Part shown: in pieces, positions 36,256 through 47,998 of the stretch
How positions within the stretch are numbered: position 1 is the first letter of the stretch
Layout: each line of letters begins with the position of its first letter
Assembly: GCA_977017575.1 (NCBI GenBank)
Contig: CDRNVI010000158.1
Location: forward strand, 62,001-126,000
DNA: 64,000 bases
From: Paramoeba atlantica
Lineage: Eukaryota; Protista; Discosea
Direction of reading: 5' to 3'
Made by a program: the position numbers and the translations under genes
The notes under the pieces: generated by a model
Database searches by the model: none
Seen by the model: the letters and a program-made list of their open reading frames with translations, nothing else
What the model was told of the DNA's origin: nothing

Positions 36256-37014
36256 ATGGATTGGGAAGGGATTTGGACTGAGATTGTTGAGACGGGTGAT
36301 CTTGTTGGCCTCTCAGGCTTCTTCTCCTCAAAAGAAGAGAAAGTTTTTCTTTCATCCTTTTGATTTATTTTCCATCTTTCCTCTTTTGATGGTTTGGGTA
36401 ATTTCCTCAGAGAGGCTTCGATATCAACCAACCAATTGGCGAACCCCGCTCCCCTCCACTTCATCGACTACACTCGATCGATTATGTTCAATTATTATTG
36501 GAGAATGGTGCAAATATTGATTGCAAAATCACAGAAGAGGAAAGCACCCCACTACACTTTGCATGTCAAACAAAAAAAGTTGACATTGCCCTCTTTTTGA
36601 TTTCAAAAGGAGCTGGTGTGAACGTGAAAAATGGATTTGGGAAAACTCCTCTTCATTACGCTGCTGAAAATGACCTTCTCAGGTTTTCTTTTCTTCCAAC
36701 AAAAAGCAAGAATAACCCCTTCTGAAATTATCCTCTTTTTTTGTTCACTCTCTATCAGAGTCGCAGAAGAGCTGCTTTCTCATGGAGCTGAGATTGATGC
36801 CAACTCAGACTGGATGCAGCGAACACCTCTTCATCTCGCTGCTGAATATGATGCATATAGCACTGCACTAATCCTGTTAAATTATGGAGCAGACAAGTCT
36901 GCCCGAAACCTGTGGGACCAGACACCTGCCGAAAGTTCGAAGAATTTGAAACTCAAGAAGGAAATCGAGGAGTTTGTGGATGTGATGCAAATTAAACCAG
37001 CAAAACAACAGTAA
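36256..37014 (+). CDS. small ankyrin-repeat protein (3 exons)
   Basis: TPLHFAC, KTPLHYAA, RTPLHLAA, QTPAE; ends EEFVDVMQIKPAKQQ*. Confidence 0.85.
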
Positions 37015-37204
37015 GAAGAGGTTTTTTTGGCTGTTGGTTTTTATTGTGTTCTCTCTACCTTGCAACCTTCATCGCCTGATAAAGAGTAAAGAATGGATAT
37101 CCAGAAAGGAGCGAACATAATATTCAGGGGGTGTATTCTCACCTCCAATAAGAGGACACTCTGCTCCATTTCTTTTTGTTTTTTTAAATGGTGTTGCTGG
37201 TCAT

Positions 37205-39020
37205 TCACGTCAGAAATAAGTCATAAGCCTCTTCAATAGCTCGTTGGCGTATAGACTGTTGAAAAAAAAAAAGGTAAATCCAAATGATATTTTCTTCCAA
37301 TAAAACAAATTCTTCAACCTGAGATTCCCAACCCGCAGCATTTTGTTCTTTTTTTGTGATAACTTCTGACTATAATAAAACAAATTAGATGCCTTCTTTT
37401 TCTCTTTAGATACCAAACATCAAACAAAGAAAACAGACCCGAGGAGGGGGCATTTTCCCAAGGGGCAAAGGTTTGACCAGTTGAGGACCTTGAGCAGCAG
37501 GAAGATTCTGTCAAAAAGGTCTTTTCTAAGATGAAGAAAGAGAAAAGAGAAAAGAAACATAATGAGAGAAAGAAACAAAACTGATTTTGGCATTGGTCGA
37601 TAAGACACACCACTGAATGTTGGATTGGAAAGTGGAGCAGAGAGAGGTGCCACTGGTGTTGTTGCTAAAGGTTTGGAAACTGAAGGTTTGATGAGTTTTT
37701 CTGGTTTTTTTAATGGGCGGAATTTTTTTGGTTTATATGTCGATCCAGTTTCCTACGAATGATAGAGTTTAAATTTACTCAAATTTTTTGAAAAAAAAAT
37801 GAGAAGAAAGAAAAACCATGGCTCGAATTTGTGCTTCTTTTTCTTTGACAAGATGCTCCTGGAGCTGGACAAGAATTTTTTAAAAAAAGAAGAAAGAAGG
37901 AAAATAAGTGAGCACTCAGACCTTCGTTTTGTTTTCTTTCTCCCAAGTCTCCATCTCTTCCACTTTTTGTCGTTCCTACGAGGTTAAAACCATGATTGTC
38001 AGAATTCAATAAAAAGAAGAAAAAGGAAAGAAAAAGAAAACTTTCTCTTCTTGCTTTTCATATTCATCCTCATCTTGCTGCCTCTTTCTAAAAGAAAAAA
38101 AGAAATGAGATGAGTTTCATTTTTTTAAAAAAGAGAAACAAAAAAATGAAAATTTACATGTTATTCCGGGTGATTAGCGCTTCATTTTGGAGTCGATATC
38201 GTCTCATTTGGGCGGCTGTGGCATCCACATCCACTTGATTAATCATACGTTGACAAATATCCTCTACCTATTTTTGAGAGAGAGAGACGAGAGATGAGAG
38301 AAAGAAACCACAGAGAGAGAGAGGAAATGAAAAAATGAAAAAAAACCTCTTCTAGATAGTCATTATAGGCACGGAGAGAATTGAAATCAACTCTTTTCAT
38401 ATTATAAATTAAATAGACTCTCTTTCGAATTGTACATTCTCTCACAAGACCAGATGATTCTCCTCCATCTTCCTAAATTTTTACATGTTGTAAGAAAAAA
38501 CAAGAAAACAAAAAAGTGAAATCAAAAAAATAAAAAAAAAAAATGAAAAAATAACGTTTGTAAAATTCTCTTTTGTGAGAGTTTGTCGACAGTTTGGGGC
38601 AAGACAAACAAAAGTGCTGTTCAAAAAGAAAAAGAAAAAGAGATTCGTTAAAAGGAAAAGAAATAAAAAGAGAAAAGAGAGGAGTGACCTTTGCTTTTGA
38701 GGAAGTAAAGTATTATAACAACCCTCACAGCTTTCAGAGAAAGAAAGAGAAAGAGAAAGTTAAAGAACAAGTGAGATGTGAGTTTCGATTCTGTTCCCTC
38801 AAAACACAAAAAAAGAGAAAAGAAAAAGTCATACTAAAAATGATCACAAATCGAAATGTATAGTTTCATATTTGGAGTTAAGTGTTTCTATCAAAAACCA
38901 TTTTATGAGAAAGAGAGAGAGAAGAGAAGTGAAAAAAGGAGAAGGAAGGAAAGAAGAAAGAGAAAGAGAATTTAGAGAGACTTGATTTTTGCATTTTGTG
39001 CATTGTTCCAACCCTTCCAT
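37205..39020 (-). CDS. MNAT1: CDK-activating kinase assembly factor MAT1 (RING, TFIIH)
   Basis: CTKC...PNMKLYISICDH...CEGC...CRQTL RING; IRKRVYLIYN...FNSLRAYNDYLEEVED; C-terminal QRAIEEAY. Confidence 0.85.
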
Positions 39021-39407
39021 CACTTTCAATACACTTCAAAAAGACAAGAATAAAGGGGAAAGAAGAAGAGAAGAGAAAACACAAAATCCTTCTTTTTTGT
39101 TTTCCCTTCTTCCTTCCTCTCTCTCTCCGAAAGAGAAGAAAGAAAAAGAACCAAACAGCGAAACGAAAGGAAAAAAAAAAAAAACTGAAGAAAATCTCTT
39201 CCGATTCCGGTTCCGGTTCCGATTCCGGTTCCGAATTTTTTTCAAGTGGGACACCTCACTCAAACAGGAAAAAAACAGAGAAAAAGTGTCCTCTTATTTA
39301 GCGCCCCAAAAAAGCCAATCCTTTGGAGTTGTCGTCTCGTTCTTTTTCTTTTTTGCGTTTTCTTTTTTGTTGTGTGTCTGCTTTTCTGATGTTTCTCTGT
39401 TGGTTGA

Positions 39408-40690
39408 ATGTCTTTGGGGTCTCTCGTCTCTCTCGAATCGAAAAAAAAATATGAGTTGATTGAACAACTGGGAACTGAAATTTGGAAAGCGAGGAATGTT
39501 TCTTCTGGAAGAGAAAGAGAAGAAGATGAGGTTGTTGCGATGCGGTTCTTTCCTTATCTTCTTCTGTCAACGGAGGAAAAGATAAAACCGGATCTGATGA
39601 TGACAATCGCTCGTGGAAAAGAGAAACAATATCACCCATCTCTCCTTCGATACCGTGAACTCGCAACTTTCGAAAAAATATTGTGTCTCGTGATGGAGTA
39701 TTGTCAAGGAGGGTCCGTGAAAGAGATAATCCAAATCCTCAACCGTACTTTAACAGAAAAAGAATGTTCTCTCATCATTCGAGAAGTTTTAATTGCGCTC
39801 TTGTTTCTCCATTCCCAAGAAAAAAGAAACCACGAACGGATTCAATCTTCATCCATTTTAATTGATTCGAAAGGGAGAGTAAAACTCGACGAATCTGGTT
39901 TTAGAACGAAAATCGTTTCTCTTCAACAACAATATTCTTCATGTGGATTGTGGATGTCCCCAGAAGCTGTACGGGGTGAACCTTGTTGTGATATTTGGTC
40001 TTTGGGAATAACTGTGATCGAGATGATGAATGGTGCTCCTCCTTTTGCTGAGTTTTCTTTCTTCGAAGCAGTCAAGAAAGTTGAGAGGTTTTTTTTATTC
40101 TTTTTTTTTTTTTGAGAAAAGAAGACGTAAATTGTTTTTTAATTCTTTTAGAAGTATTTTTCACTGAATACCCTCTCTTTTTCTCTTCCAGTGGTGAATC
40201 ACGAAGTGGCCAAAGAAAGGAAAACCCAAAGTGGTCAAAAGAGCTCAATGATTTCGTCAATAAGTGCACCCAAAAAGAACCAAAGGATCGAGGAACTCCA
40301 GCAGAGTTATTAAAACACCCCTTTATCCAACAATTCGACAAAGAAGAAGATCAGCTGAACCGCTCTTCTTCTCCCTTGGTTGAACTTATTGAAGCCACAA
40401 ACTTTGTGATCGAAGGAGCTGGGAGTCGTCTCGTGGCACTGAAGGGAATTCCCCCAATTAAAGAAGAAGTAATTTTCTCTTTTTCATTTGTTATTAAAAT
40501 GGGCCGGTAGCTCAGCGGTAGAGCGCTCGGCAGCAGACCGAGAGGTCCCTGGTTCGAATCCAGTGTTGGCCCTAACCTTTTAATTCTTTTTGTTCTTTTT
40601 GTTCTTTTTGTTCTTTGTTTCATGTTTTTCTTTTCTTTTTTCACGAAAACTGAACAGGAAGGAGCCAACATCAAGCCAGCTCAAAAATAA
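39408..40690 (+). CDS. STE20/MST-like kinase-fold protein, predicted pseudokinase
   Basis: LVMEYCQGGSV, WMSPE, DIWSLGITVIEMMNGAPP, WSKELNDFVNKCTQKEPKDR...HPF; catalytic motifs degenerate; last 11-codon exon EGANIKPAQK*. Confidence 0.8.
40501..40573 (+). tRNA. tRNA-Cys(GCA), intronic, atypical (possibly pseudo)
   Basis: GGGCCGG/TTGGCCC acceptor, U discriminator, CTCGG-CAGCAGA-CCGAG anticodon arm (A at position 33), one extra base in the T-stem 3' strand. Confidence 0.8.
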
Positions 40691-41124
40691 GAATATTTTA
40701 TGTCGCCATTTTTTTTTCTTGGTGGAATATCCCGGGAGAAAGAACGAGAGTCAATGAATAATCTTGAAAGGTTTTTTCTCTCTTTTTGAGTTCTTTTTTT
40801 ACTTTAAGACAAAAAGAAAGAAAGGATGGCAAATTATGATTTGCACGTCAGACTGAATTTCTTGTGGAAAAACTCGCTTTGCTGATCTTTCAGTGTTTTA
40901 AGAAGAAAGATTTTTGTTCTTCTCTGAGATTTGGTTTTAATAATTTATTTACAGTGTGTGTGTTGCGTATGGTGTCGGTTCAACAAAAGTCAAACTCAAT
41001 TTCTTTGAAAAATATAATAAATAAGAATACTACAATAGAACTGTTCTCTGCGAATCTCTTAAATCCACTCCAACAAATCACCTCCGTTTGAGAGAAAACG
41101 AAGAAGTCACTCTCAAGAGGAAGA

Positions 41125-42543
41125 TCAGTCAGGATTATCTTGATTCTGACGATTTCGGTTGTATCGATAACACCCATAAAAAGGTCCAACAACAATACCA
41201 ATCGGAATTGCAACAGCCAGAACGACAATCCCACCCAAAATAATCCCTGTCCAAAGAGCCGCTTTCTTTGCTTTCTTTTTGGCACGTTCGGGGAATGGTT
41301 CCACGAAATCAAAACATTGGTTTGGGCAACCGTTGTCCCAATTGTCAGCATCGTAATGATCCGGCTGAATAAAAAGAGAGAGAAATTAAAAAAAAAAAAA
41401 TAAAAACTTTTGGGTCTTTTCTTTTCAAACGAACCGTGTATTTGCGGAGACATAACCAACAAAACTGGTAGTGGCATTTGGCTGTCAAGAAAGAAAAAAT
41501 CAACACATACAAAAAAAAGCACACCAAAAATGAAATTATTGCTACAATTGAAAAAAAAGAAAATGATCATACAAAAAAAATATCATACCACATTTCATGT
41601 GATTACAACCAACATCTTTTTCGATATCATGTTTACATTGAGGACAAGGTTTTGTCTTTTTTTTCTTTTTCCAAGCTTCTGCACGTTTATCAAGCTTCCC
41701 CTTCTTGAGTGCGTCTCTCTTAAACTCTTCACACGTTTGCTCTGGATGGAAATCTTGACCACATTCAAAACAATACTGTGGGGGGGGGAAATGGTTATAA
41801 AAAAAACGAACAAGGAAAGCAAAGGATAAAAGATAAGAATAAAAGATAAGAATAAAAGATAAGAATAAAAGAGAATAATAATAATTAATTTGAAATGAAA
41901 TAAATTTTCGAAAAAAAAAAAAACAGACCTTATAATTACAAACTCGACAAGTGATTTCGAGAACACCAGTCTCCCCAATATTTCCACGACCACATCCAGG
42001 ACGTGGACACCAACGACAATTAGGATTTTCTCTCAATGTTGACATCTCTTTCACTTCCAAATATTTTGAAGAAAGTTTTTCATCATGTGATAATATCTCA
42101 AAAATGAGATTTTCATCCAACAATTCTTCACAATCGATTCCTGGACAATTCAGGGAAGCAACTTCAGTTTCTTCGATTGCGTTGGAAAGATATCGGAGGA
42201 GACATTCTGGGCAAAAGATATGGTGGCAAACAGGAATCTGAATGAGAAGGTCTCTCTGATCTTCTTGAACTTCAAAATAACAGATTGAACAGACACAAGA
42301 TGAAGGAGATTCCAGTATCATCGAGTCATCACATATCTCTTGTTCATTTCTATTTTCTTCATCTTCTTCACTTTCTCCAATTCCTTCACCGTCATTCTCT
42401 TCTTCAGGCTGAATTTCAATCGAAGCACGAGACGATGAAGAAGAAGGAGATTCCAAAGCAGAGGAACTTTTCAGCTCATCATCTTCTTCTTCACTTTTTT
42501 CTTTTTTCGGGATAATATCCTCTCCTTCATCTTCCTCTTCCAT
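41125..42543 (-). CDS. RBR (RING1-IBR-RING2) E3 ubiquitin ligase with C-terminal transmembrane helix (RNF144/RNF217-like)
   Basis: CSICY...CHHIFCPECL...CPGIDC; WCPRPGC...CRVC; KPCPQCKHDIEKDVGCNHMKC...CHYQFCWLC; WTGIILGGIVVLAVAIPIGIVVG. Confidence 0.88.
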
Positions 42544-42875
42544 CTTCTTTTTCAAAACAACAAAGAGAGTTCTTGAGGGAAAAAAAAAAAAGAAAACTCC
42601 TCTTTCTGAACGAAACAAACAAAACAAAACAAAAGAACAACACACACAAAAATCAGAACGCTGATTTTGATTCAGTGAAAAAAAAGGCGTATCGAAAGGT
42701 CCGAAAAAAACTTTTCGTGGTATTAATAAATTAAATCGGAGAAAATGATTCGAAAAATAAAAGAAGGATTTTTCTTTCGATTTCATTTTTTTTTGAATTT
42801 TCATTTTTTTTCAGAGTTTTTGTTGTTGTTGGGAAAATAATATTTAAAAAAAAGAAAAGATTTTTGATTTTTTGT

Positions 42876-44405
42876 TCAATCATGAATCACTGTCGTAAAA
42901 TCTGTCAACGCAGCAGATCCTGGGACATATTCTGGGTGGGTTTTGTAATCTTGTGGGCTTCGAACAATCAATTTTCTTTTTTTGTTTTCAGCTGGTCTCT
43001 GTTGTAGTTGTTGTTGTTCGCTCTCCTTTTGTCGACGCTCTTCTTTTCTTTGATTAAAATCTCTCAACTTTTCTTCAAGCTTTTCCAAACTCTCAGCCTT
43101 CTTACTCTCAGTTCCGTCCTCAATTCTTTGAATTTTTCCATCTCGAAGCCAAATAATTCTGTCTGCGAAAAATTTGATTGAAACGTCATGGGTTACCATT
43201 ACGAGAGTAATTCTTTTCTTTTGGTTCAAAGAGACCAAGAGTTTCATAATGAGTGCTGAATTCACGGTATCTAAATCTCCTGTTGGTTCATCAAGTAGAA
43301 GGATATCAGGCTCGTTTGCCAATGCTCTCGCAATCGCAACACGCTGTGAGAAGTTTAATTATTTTAATTCTTTTTTCAAAAGAAAGAGGAAATAATTGGA
43401 CACAAGAAAAAAAATAAAAAAGGGACATTGTAAAAACCTGTTGTTCTCCACCAGAAAGTTGTGAGGGTACATGATCTAATCGATGAGAAAGGCCAACCGT
43501 TTCTAATAATGTTGTGGCTCGTTCTCTTCTTTCGGACGAACTCAAGTCAGCTGAAAGAACCATAGGGAGCTAAAGTAGTTTGAGTTAAAAAAATCAATGA
43601 AACACAATCATCCAAACTTAAAAATAGAAAAAGAAAAAGGATAAAAAGAATGGAGTGTATTGTACCTCAACATTTTCCAGAGCAGTCAAAGCAGGGAGAA
43701 GATTGAACGTTTGGAAAACAAATCCAATGTGACGAAGTCTTAAATCAGCTAAGATTCGATCTGTTGTTTTACTCGCCACATGAACACCACAAATATCAAG
43801 GGAACCTTTCGTTGGTTTATCAATTGTTCCAAGAATATTGAGCAAACTGAAAAAAGAAGAACCGAGAGGAGAGAAAAAGGGAAAAAGAATGAAGAGACGA
43901 GAGTTAGAAAAAGGATAAGGAAAACAAGAGAAACATTATAGCAATCAAATACAACAACAACCTCTGCTCCTCCTCCCCCAAAAAAACGAGGTAAAGAAAA
44001 GAAAGAGAAGAAGGAAGAGAAACAAAACCTGGTTTTTCCTCCACCAGAAGTACCAAAAATGCAAACAAATTCTCCTCGTTTGACACTCATGGAAACTCCT
44101 CGAAGTGCAGCAATCCCTTCAATCCCAAGTAAATAAGTTTTGTGGACATTCTCAACTTTGACAATGATATCTTCATGATCTTCGTGATGGGCAGAGAGCC
44201 CTTTCCCCCCAAAATACTCATCTTCATCAACCATTGTGCTTCCTCCTCTTTCTAGATTTTTATTCTTTTGCTCATCCTTTTCTGGGAGGAGAAGAGACTC
44301 AGAATCTCCCTCTCCGGGGTCGTCATCCTCGCTCAGACTGAGACTGGGAGCAGAAGGGATGATGTCCATCATCTCAACTTCCACATCACCTGAATCTGAA
44401 TCCAT
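42876..44405 (-). CDS. stand-alone ABC ATPase, LolD/MacB/FtsE-like (Dictyostelium ABCH-type)
   Basis: Walker [10 protein letters not shown]-loop [17 protein letters not shown], Walker [14 protein letters not shown]-loop VMVTHD; no transmembrane domain. Confidence 0.9.
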
Positions 44406-44816
44406 TGTTCTTTTTTGGGGGGAGAGTAGAGGAGGTGGGGGGTGGTGAGGGATCACACACGATTGAATGAGATGAAAGAAGAATAGAGAGAGAGGGGGGG
44501 GGTCGGGCGTACTTTTGTCGAAACGGAGAGAGAGGAGAGAAAGAGAGAAATGAGAGGAGATTTCAAATCTTTTTCAACACTGAAAAAGCCCCAAAAAGCA
44601 AAACGTCGACGACCAAAAAATCAAGAGTCTTTTAAAAAAAAACCCAAAAAACTCAATAACGATTTTCAAACCAAAACAAAAACACCCCAAAAAACCAAAA
44701 AATCCCACTACTTTCTTTTTCTCGTCTTTTCTCTCTCTTTCTCTTGTTCGTTCTCTTCTCTCTCTTCCTTTTGTCTCTCTCTCTCTCCTTTTATTTTCTC
44801 TCAAAAAAGAAAACAA

Positions 44817-46962
44817 ATGGATGCTCTCCCAACCTTTTGGGCAATCTCAGTGCCAGAGAAATCAGGACAATTCGAACATCTCGATCGTTCCATCAGACCG
44901 ATTGCTCCTGCTTATCAGTTGAGAATCCCTTCTCTTCGTACTGGTACTCTTGATGATTTGATGTCTCTTTCTGATGAATTGGAGAAGGTTTTCTTTTCTT
45001 TTCTTTTCTTTTTGTTTTTTTGTTGAGAATCCCCTTCTTCTGATGAGTTGGAAAAGGTTTTTTTCTTTTCTTTTTGTTTTGTTTTGTTTTCTTTTGTTTG
45101 TTTTTGTTGAGAATCCCTTCTCTTCGTACTGGTACTCTTGATGATTTGATGTCTCTTTCTGATGAATTGGAGAAGGTTTTGTTTTTTGTTTTGTTTTTTG
45201 TTTTGTTTCTTTTGTTTCTTGTTTTTTGTTTTTTTTGAATGGTTTGGTGATTGAAAAAAGAAAAGATGTTTTTTTTGCAAAAATGAAAATTGTCAAAAAA
45301 AAAAAAAACAACAACAAATTTGTTGAGAATACAAAAAACAGACGGAGATAAATGTAGAGAAAACATGTAAAAGGATTGGAGCAGCTCTCTTTAGTTTTGT
45401 TTCAGAAACGCAAAAGAATATCTCTTTTCGGCAAGCATTGATGGTTGGGAACTCAACAGCTGAAGATTTTGTGACACAATTTCGTTGGGATGAAGTCAAA
45501 TACCCTTTCATGAAACAAAGTTGTAAAGAAATTGCATCAACCATCACAAAGGTATTCTACCTTTCTTCTTTCTTCTTTCTTCTTTCTTCTTTCTTCTTCT
45601 TCCTCTTTTTAAAACAAGCTTTATTTGTTGTTTTTGTTTCAAAATGTTCTTTTGTTTTTTTTTTTGATTTCTTTTTTCTAGGATTCTGGGGAATTTGAAG
45701 AAACATTCAGGAAACAAATGTCTGAATACCTTGAGGTTTGATTTCCTTTTTTTGTGGTGATGGTTTTGATCACAAGAAAGAAACATAAGATACAACAAAG
45801 AGTGGTCATTCAGAAGAATTGTCATTGTTTTCGAAATGTTGATGTGATGTTGTTAAATGATGTTTAAAAAATTGGAATCTCTTTTCCTCTTTTAATTGAG
45901 AATATGATAATCAGGTTGAGCATGAAATCAATGCCCTTGAGAAGAGAGAATCAGGGAATTTGATGTTGAAAGATCTTTCTGGAGTTGTGAAACCCCAACA
46001 TTTAATTCAATCGGAATACTTTGTTACTCTTCTTGTTGTGTTTCCAAAACATAGCGAGAAAGAGTGGTTTGATAATTACGAGTTTTTGATGCCAATTCCA
46101 GATCCACCACAACCCCCACCAATTGTTCCTCGTTCTTCTACTGTTATTGCCACAGATAATGAGTTTTGTATGGCGACTGTTGGTTTGTTTTTTGTTTTTG
46201 TTTTTTAATTTTTATTCGCATTGAAAAGACATGGAAACTATGTTTTTTTTTATTTATTATTTTTTAAAATAACCATTCTTTCTCTCTCTCTCTCTTTCCC
46301 TCTCTCCAGTTGTTCTTCGTTTAATTGAATCAGAGTTTAAACAAGCCGCTCGACAAAGGCGATTCATTGTTCGTGAATATAGGTAGATGTTGTTTTTTTT
46401 CATATCCAAAAAAGTTTATTCGATTAAAACAATTTTTTTTTTCAAAGTCCAAGCAGTGATGTGGACCCTGTTGATCATATCAAAAATTTGAAACGAAAGA
46501 AAGAAGAAGTTCGAAGTGATCTCATTGTTTGGTCAAGGGTATGTTCTTCATCTTATTTCTCTTCTCTCTTCTCTTCTCTCTCTCTCTTCTCTTCTCTCCC
46601 TTCCTGTTCTTTTATTAATATTAACTGATCTCTCTCTCTCTCTCTCTCTCTCCTCCCTTCTTCTTCTTTTTCAGACAACTTACAGAGATATCTTTTCCGG
46701 GTGGATTCATTTGAAAGTAATTCGATTGTTTGTTGAATCTGTTCTCCGATTTGGTTTACCTGCAAACTTTTGTAACGCGCTTCTGAAAGTTCAACCAAAG
46801 AAATCGAAACCCCTCCGTGCTGAACTTGGGAAGTTGTACAAACACTTAGGATCCAATATGATGAAGGATGATGATCTTGATGAAGCCGAATTGGTGACTG
46901 TTGGGATATCGAAGAAGATTTATCCTTACGTCTATCTCTCTTTGGATTTGAGTGTGGATTAA
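44817..46962 (+). CDS. ATP6V1C: V-type ATPase V1 subunit C
   Basis: IPSLRTGTLDDLMSLSDEL, FRWDEVKYP, SEYFVTLLVVFPK, WIHLKVIRLFVESVLRFGLPANF, YPYVYL. Confidence 0.95.
44918..45177 (+). repeat. tandem duplication of exon-1 end and donor inside the V-ATPase C intron
   Basis: 44918-44989 is repeated essentially perfectly at 45106-45177, with an internally deleted copy at 45022-45057. Confidence 0.92.
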
Positions 46963-47349
46963 TTTTTGTGTTGTTTCAAAAAAAAAAATGATAAGAAAAG
47001 AGAAAAGTATAAGTGTCGAAAGAAGAAGAAGTGAATATGGTCATCCAAAATAGAATTCTTTCTTTTTTGGTCAATTCATTCACCAATAAATGTTCCAATC
47101 AAAAAAAAAACCTTTTCTCCTCAAAACCAACCCCTTTCCTTTTTTAGTCTTGTCTTGTTCTTTCAACATCACTTTCACTGCCATCCCTCTTTTGAGAACT
47201 TCGCAAAAAGAAGTTCTGGATTCAACCATCACAAGGAAAATCCATTCTTGAATTTTCCGAGTAACATCCAAATTCTCTACTACTCAATTCGACAAAGCAT
47301 CTTCCATTTCATCTTTCATCTTCAGTTAAATTTTGTTGCAATTGATCCA

Positions 47350-47777
47350 ATGGCGACCGGAGGTAATGGACATATCGAGACTGGAACAGTTCCTTTTCGG
47401 TTCTGGGAAACAGGGAAGCCAATGGAAAGAGGAGAACCAAGAGGAGAACGTTCTGAAGTGAAGTTTGTCAAGTTTAATGAAGGTGATTTTTTTCAACTTA
47501 CTTTGGAGAAAAACAAACGAATCAGGAAAATTTTCAATAACTTTTTTTTTCTCTTGTCATAGGGTACAAGACCCCTCCAAAAGTGCTTCTTTCTCTTTCT
47601 GGCCTTGATTCAGATAGTGGGACCAATCTCCGAGTTGAAGTGGTGGCTGAGGATATCACACGAGACGGGTTCGTTGCTCGAGTCAAGACTTGGTGGGATA
47701 CCAAATTGTATGGAGTGACAATTTCATGGCTTGCGATTAAAGATGAAATTGTTGAAACTAAAGATTTACAAAAATAA
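47350..47777 (+). CDS. H-type lectin domain protein (discoidin C-terminal/HPA-like)
   Basis: YKTPPKVLLSLSGLDSD...LRVEV.AEDITRDGF...KTWWDTKLYGVTISWLA; one intron; start codon uncertain. Confidence 0.82.
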
Positions 47778-47998
47778 ATAATGAAAGAATCATTTTCCTT
47801 ATCCATTCTTGGAGAACAATGAAGCAGAAATATGCAGAAATACTCGTTCATTGGGTAAAATTTGGTTCAAACAAAAAAAAGAATATTTGAGGAAAAATAT
47901 TTACAAGCTCCAGGGCTTTCTTTTTTTATTATTCATTTCACATGAACAGACATTAAAAATCATCAACCACACCACACCCTGAAAAAAAACAAACAGAT

